From Paramicrosporidium saccamoebae KSL3 (Eukaryota; Fungi; Cryptomycota), in contig MTSL01000065.1 in assembly GCA_002794465.1 (NCBI GenBank), forward strand, positions 211,069 to 243,068: a stretch of 32,000 nucleotides of DNA, given 5' to 3'. The notes below the pieces were generated by a model. The model was given only the letters and a program-made list of their open reading frames with translations. It made no database searches and had not been told where the DNA came from. The number at the start of each line of letters is the position of its first letter. The stretch's first letter is position 1. A program made the position numbers and the translations under genes. Positions 30,001 through 32,000 of this stretch are shown here, one piece after another.

Positions 30001-30202
30001 TATCTTCAGTGGGTACTCCAGAAACTTGCTGCTCCACTTCAGTCGAAAAAGAGTCCAAAAATTCGCTCTGGTCGATAGACTTTGGACGCTTTATGCTACC
30101 CTCGTCATGCATGTCTATTAGGATGCGTTTTGGACTGTCATTGTCATGTGGTGCCCTGACCACATCGACAAGTTCTTCCGTGTCTGCTGGTAGAAAGGAC
30201 AT
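27099..30202 (-). CDS. MTR4: Exosome/TRAMP RNA helicase Mtr4 (Dob1/MTREX), ~1023 aa, intron 27477-27508
   Basis: [42 protein letters not shown] and an arch/KOW insertion. A 32-nt intron joins it to the C-terminal [16 protein letters not shown]...[12 protein letters not shown]. Confidence 0.97.
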
Positions 30203-30432
30203 AATGGTGGCCGGGGCAGTTATTAGGTCAACATATATGTCGCGTAGTGGGGATAAATAGTATGGACTGTCAGGCGGGAAAGGGGGGGCTGTTTACTGCT
30301 AATCCTAGAATAGTATGGATACGCAAGCTCACTGTTCTCAAACACCTAGCAAAGCGATCCACTCTAGCACACAAACACTCAACTAATCAATCCTCTGCCT
30401 CTACGTCACATGTGTGCATGTTCTAATGGTAT

Positions 30433-31457
30433 TTATTGGTCATGTTTTTCAAATTGGACAATAGGAAACGCTTCATATTGACAGACGGCGCCTGGGGACG
30501 AGTCGCAAATACCGCAACTGAATATCATGATCGTTCCCCATTCCATTCCATCCGAATACAATGCATGCGTGCCTCTGCGACTCTTGGGAATGTGATGGAG
30601 ATGTTGATCTTCACCAGTGGGCAGCTTCCATAGAATAGCTGGCATAAGCTGCAACTCAAATTGACGATCCCGGTTGCATCGAGGACAGGGTTGGACTTTG
30701 GGGAGTGGATCGCTGCAAAAGGCTAACAGAGATCCTCCTGGGCAGTACCGAACACACTGGCGAGGATAATGGGCCACGCGATTGTGGAACTTTTTAAAGA
30801 CTTTGTCAAATCCCAAAACATTCGTACTTTCGTACATTTCTGTCTGCCACATTTCACCATCCTCTGCAACTGGCTCATCGACCATCTCTTCTTCCTTCTT
30901 TGTAGGTTTCTCATGGATCGCAATGAGCTCATCGACGATATGAAGTGCGATCGGTGGAAAACTGACTGGATAATTCGCCGAGTAGTAGGACTCTGGCAGA
31001 TTCGTATCATCCTCTATCGACGTCTGGTTGATGCTTTCAGTGATCTCGTCAACCATAATAGAGTCCCAGAGACCCTTGGGCTTTGGCACTGGCACGCTCT
31101 TTTGTGCTGTCTCGCGGCACTGAACAATAACCTTTATGCACTTATTAGAGCCGGATTCGGTACATTCTCTAGTGTTGCAGCCAAAAACGTAAAAGATACG
31201 GTCGACACCCGCAGAACGTTGACTAGGCGGACAATCCATTTGAAGCAATAAGTAGAGCTGTGACCCACAGATACCGCAGGCGAGGGTATCTTCCGTTTCG
31301 GGGAAACGCTGTAGCCAAGTCTACAAAATAAGAGTCCTCCCATATGCACACATACCGGCTTTCCTCCAATCTTGGTGACAAACGGATCTACTTCTTCGTG
31401 AGTCTCGAGAGGTCCATCAGGGAGCCCAAGCTCAACGTCTTCTTCCTCAAAGGTCAT
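30433..31457 (-). CDS. TSR4: TSR4/PDCD2L-type uS5 chaperone and 40S biogenesis factor (~329 aa), intron 31321-31355
   Basis: VELG...KIGGKP|TW...CGICGSQLYLLLQMDCP...RIFYVFGC, FKKFHNRVAHYPRQCVRY, FELQLMP and GMEWGTIMIFSC; no MYND finger seen. Confidence 0.88.
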
Positions 31458-31809
31458 AGTTCTTGTCACCCTGGCAACCCGGTATTTTTGAATCTCAACC
31501 AGGCATTGCTGAATGTTCAGATCAGAGTTTACATTTACTACAGATCGGCCCATAGATACGCCTACCGCAAAAAAATACGAGACATTTTGTTACGGGGTGT
31601 CGCAGCAGTCCATGTACACAATTCTTTTACTGCACACGCTAAACGGGAGCTAAGTCTATTAAATATTGTCCGCCATTTGTGGCGGCCCTCTATCTGGTTG
31701 TGGTGATTCCCCTTGATCACTATCCCTTAAAAATGGCGAGTTGGCCCCCCATACATCACATTGAGGTCTTATTTTATATGGCTTTCTTACCCTGGAAGAG
31801 AATTCCACG

Positions 31810-32000
31810 ATGGCAACAAGCAACAGCAAGACTGCTGACATGTCGGACAAAAAGCAAGCCAAAGTTGAAATGAAGGTAAATTTATGCAAGCAAGTACCAT
31901 AACTATAACTTTAGGCAGAAGAGTTGTTCCTACAGGACCAGAAACACTTGAGTTATGAGGGCTGTATCCTACATGTAAAAGATGGGCTTGTGCCAAATAT
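31810..32000 (+). CDS. 5' end of an unidentified gene running off the right window edge
   Basis: ATG 31810 (or 31840) MATSNSKTADMSDKKQAKVEMK, then a 39-nt GTAAAT..TAG intron (31876-31914), then the open frame AEELFLQDQKHLSYEGCILHVKDGLVPN. Confidence 0.55.

Noticed and set aside
30273-30281. E2F-type site GGCGGGAAA upstream of MTR4
   Set aside because: A single occurrence before a gene with no special cell-cycle link cannot be distinguished from chance.
4580-31457. Apparent clustering of ribosome-related genes (URB1, RPP1, Rrn10-like, RPL14, OLA1, MTR4, TSR4)
   Set aside because: They are interspersed with unrelated genes on both strands, and reduced genomes are enriched for such genes; clustering needs a genome-wide test.
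1-32000. Transposon or viral sequence
   Set aside because: No transposase, reverse transcriptase, integrase or capsid motifs, and no terminal repeats with target-site duplications were seen.

Overview
Eukaryotic nuclear DNA from a very compact, gene-dense fungal-type genome: about 21 protein-coding genes in 32 kb, intergenic gaps down to 31-48 nt, and 16 inferred spliceosomal introns that are all 28-40 nt long. The gene mix (class IV-type chitin synthase, SWEET transporter, SMPD4 and SRSF11/SREK1-like genes, GPD2 with an EF-hand-like tail) suggests an early-diverging fungus such as a Rozellomycota or short-branch microsporidian relative. That placement is an inference, not a database result. 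Recognisable genes are DDB1 (partial), URB1/NPA1, GUT2/GPD2, a DPB3/POLE4-like histone-fold protein, chitin synthase, VMA2, RPP1, SMPD4-like, a KIN17-type KOW domain, SWEET, SRSF11-like, RPL14, OLA1, MTR4 and TSR4/PDCD2L. The unexplained items are a ~1231-aa orphan protein whose signal peptide appears only after splicing, a tandem pair of SAP-domain proteins with low-complexity N-termini and Myb/CCAAT-like promoter motifs, a Cys-cluster plus Rrn10-like protein, an apparently split KIN17 locus, three tandem or direct repeats, a recurrent CCCGG promoter motif and a ~490-nt structured gap. No rRNA, tRNA, mobile element or CRISPR array could be supported. Family assignments come from motif recall; no searches were run.
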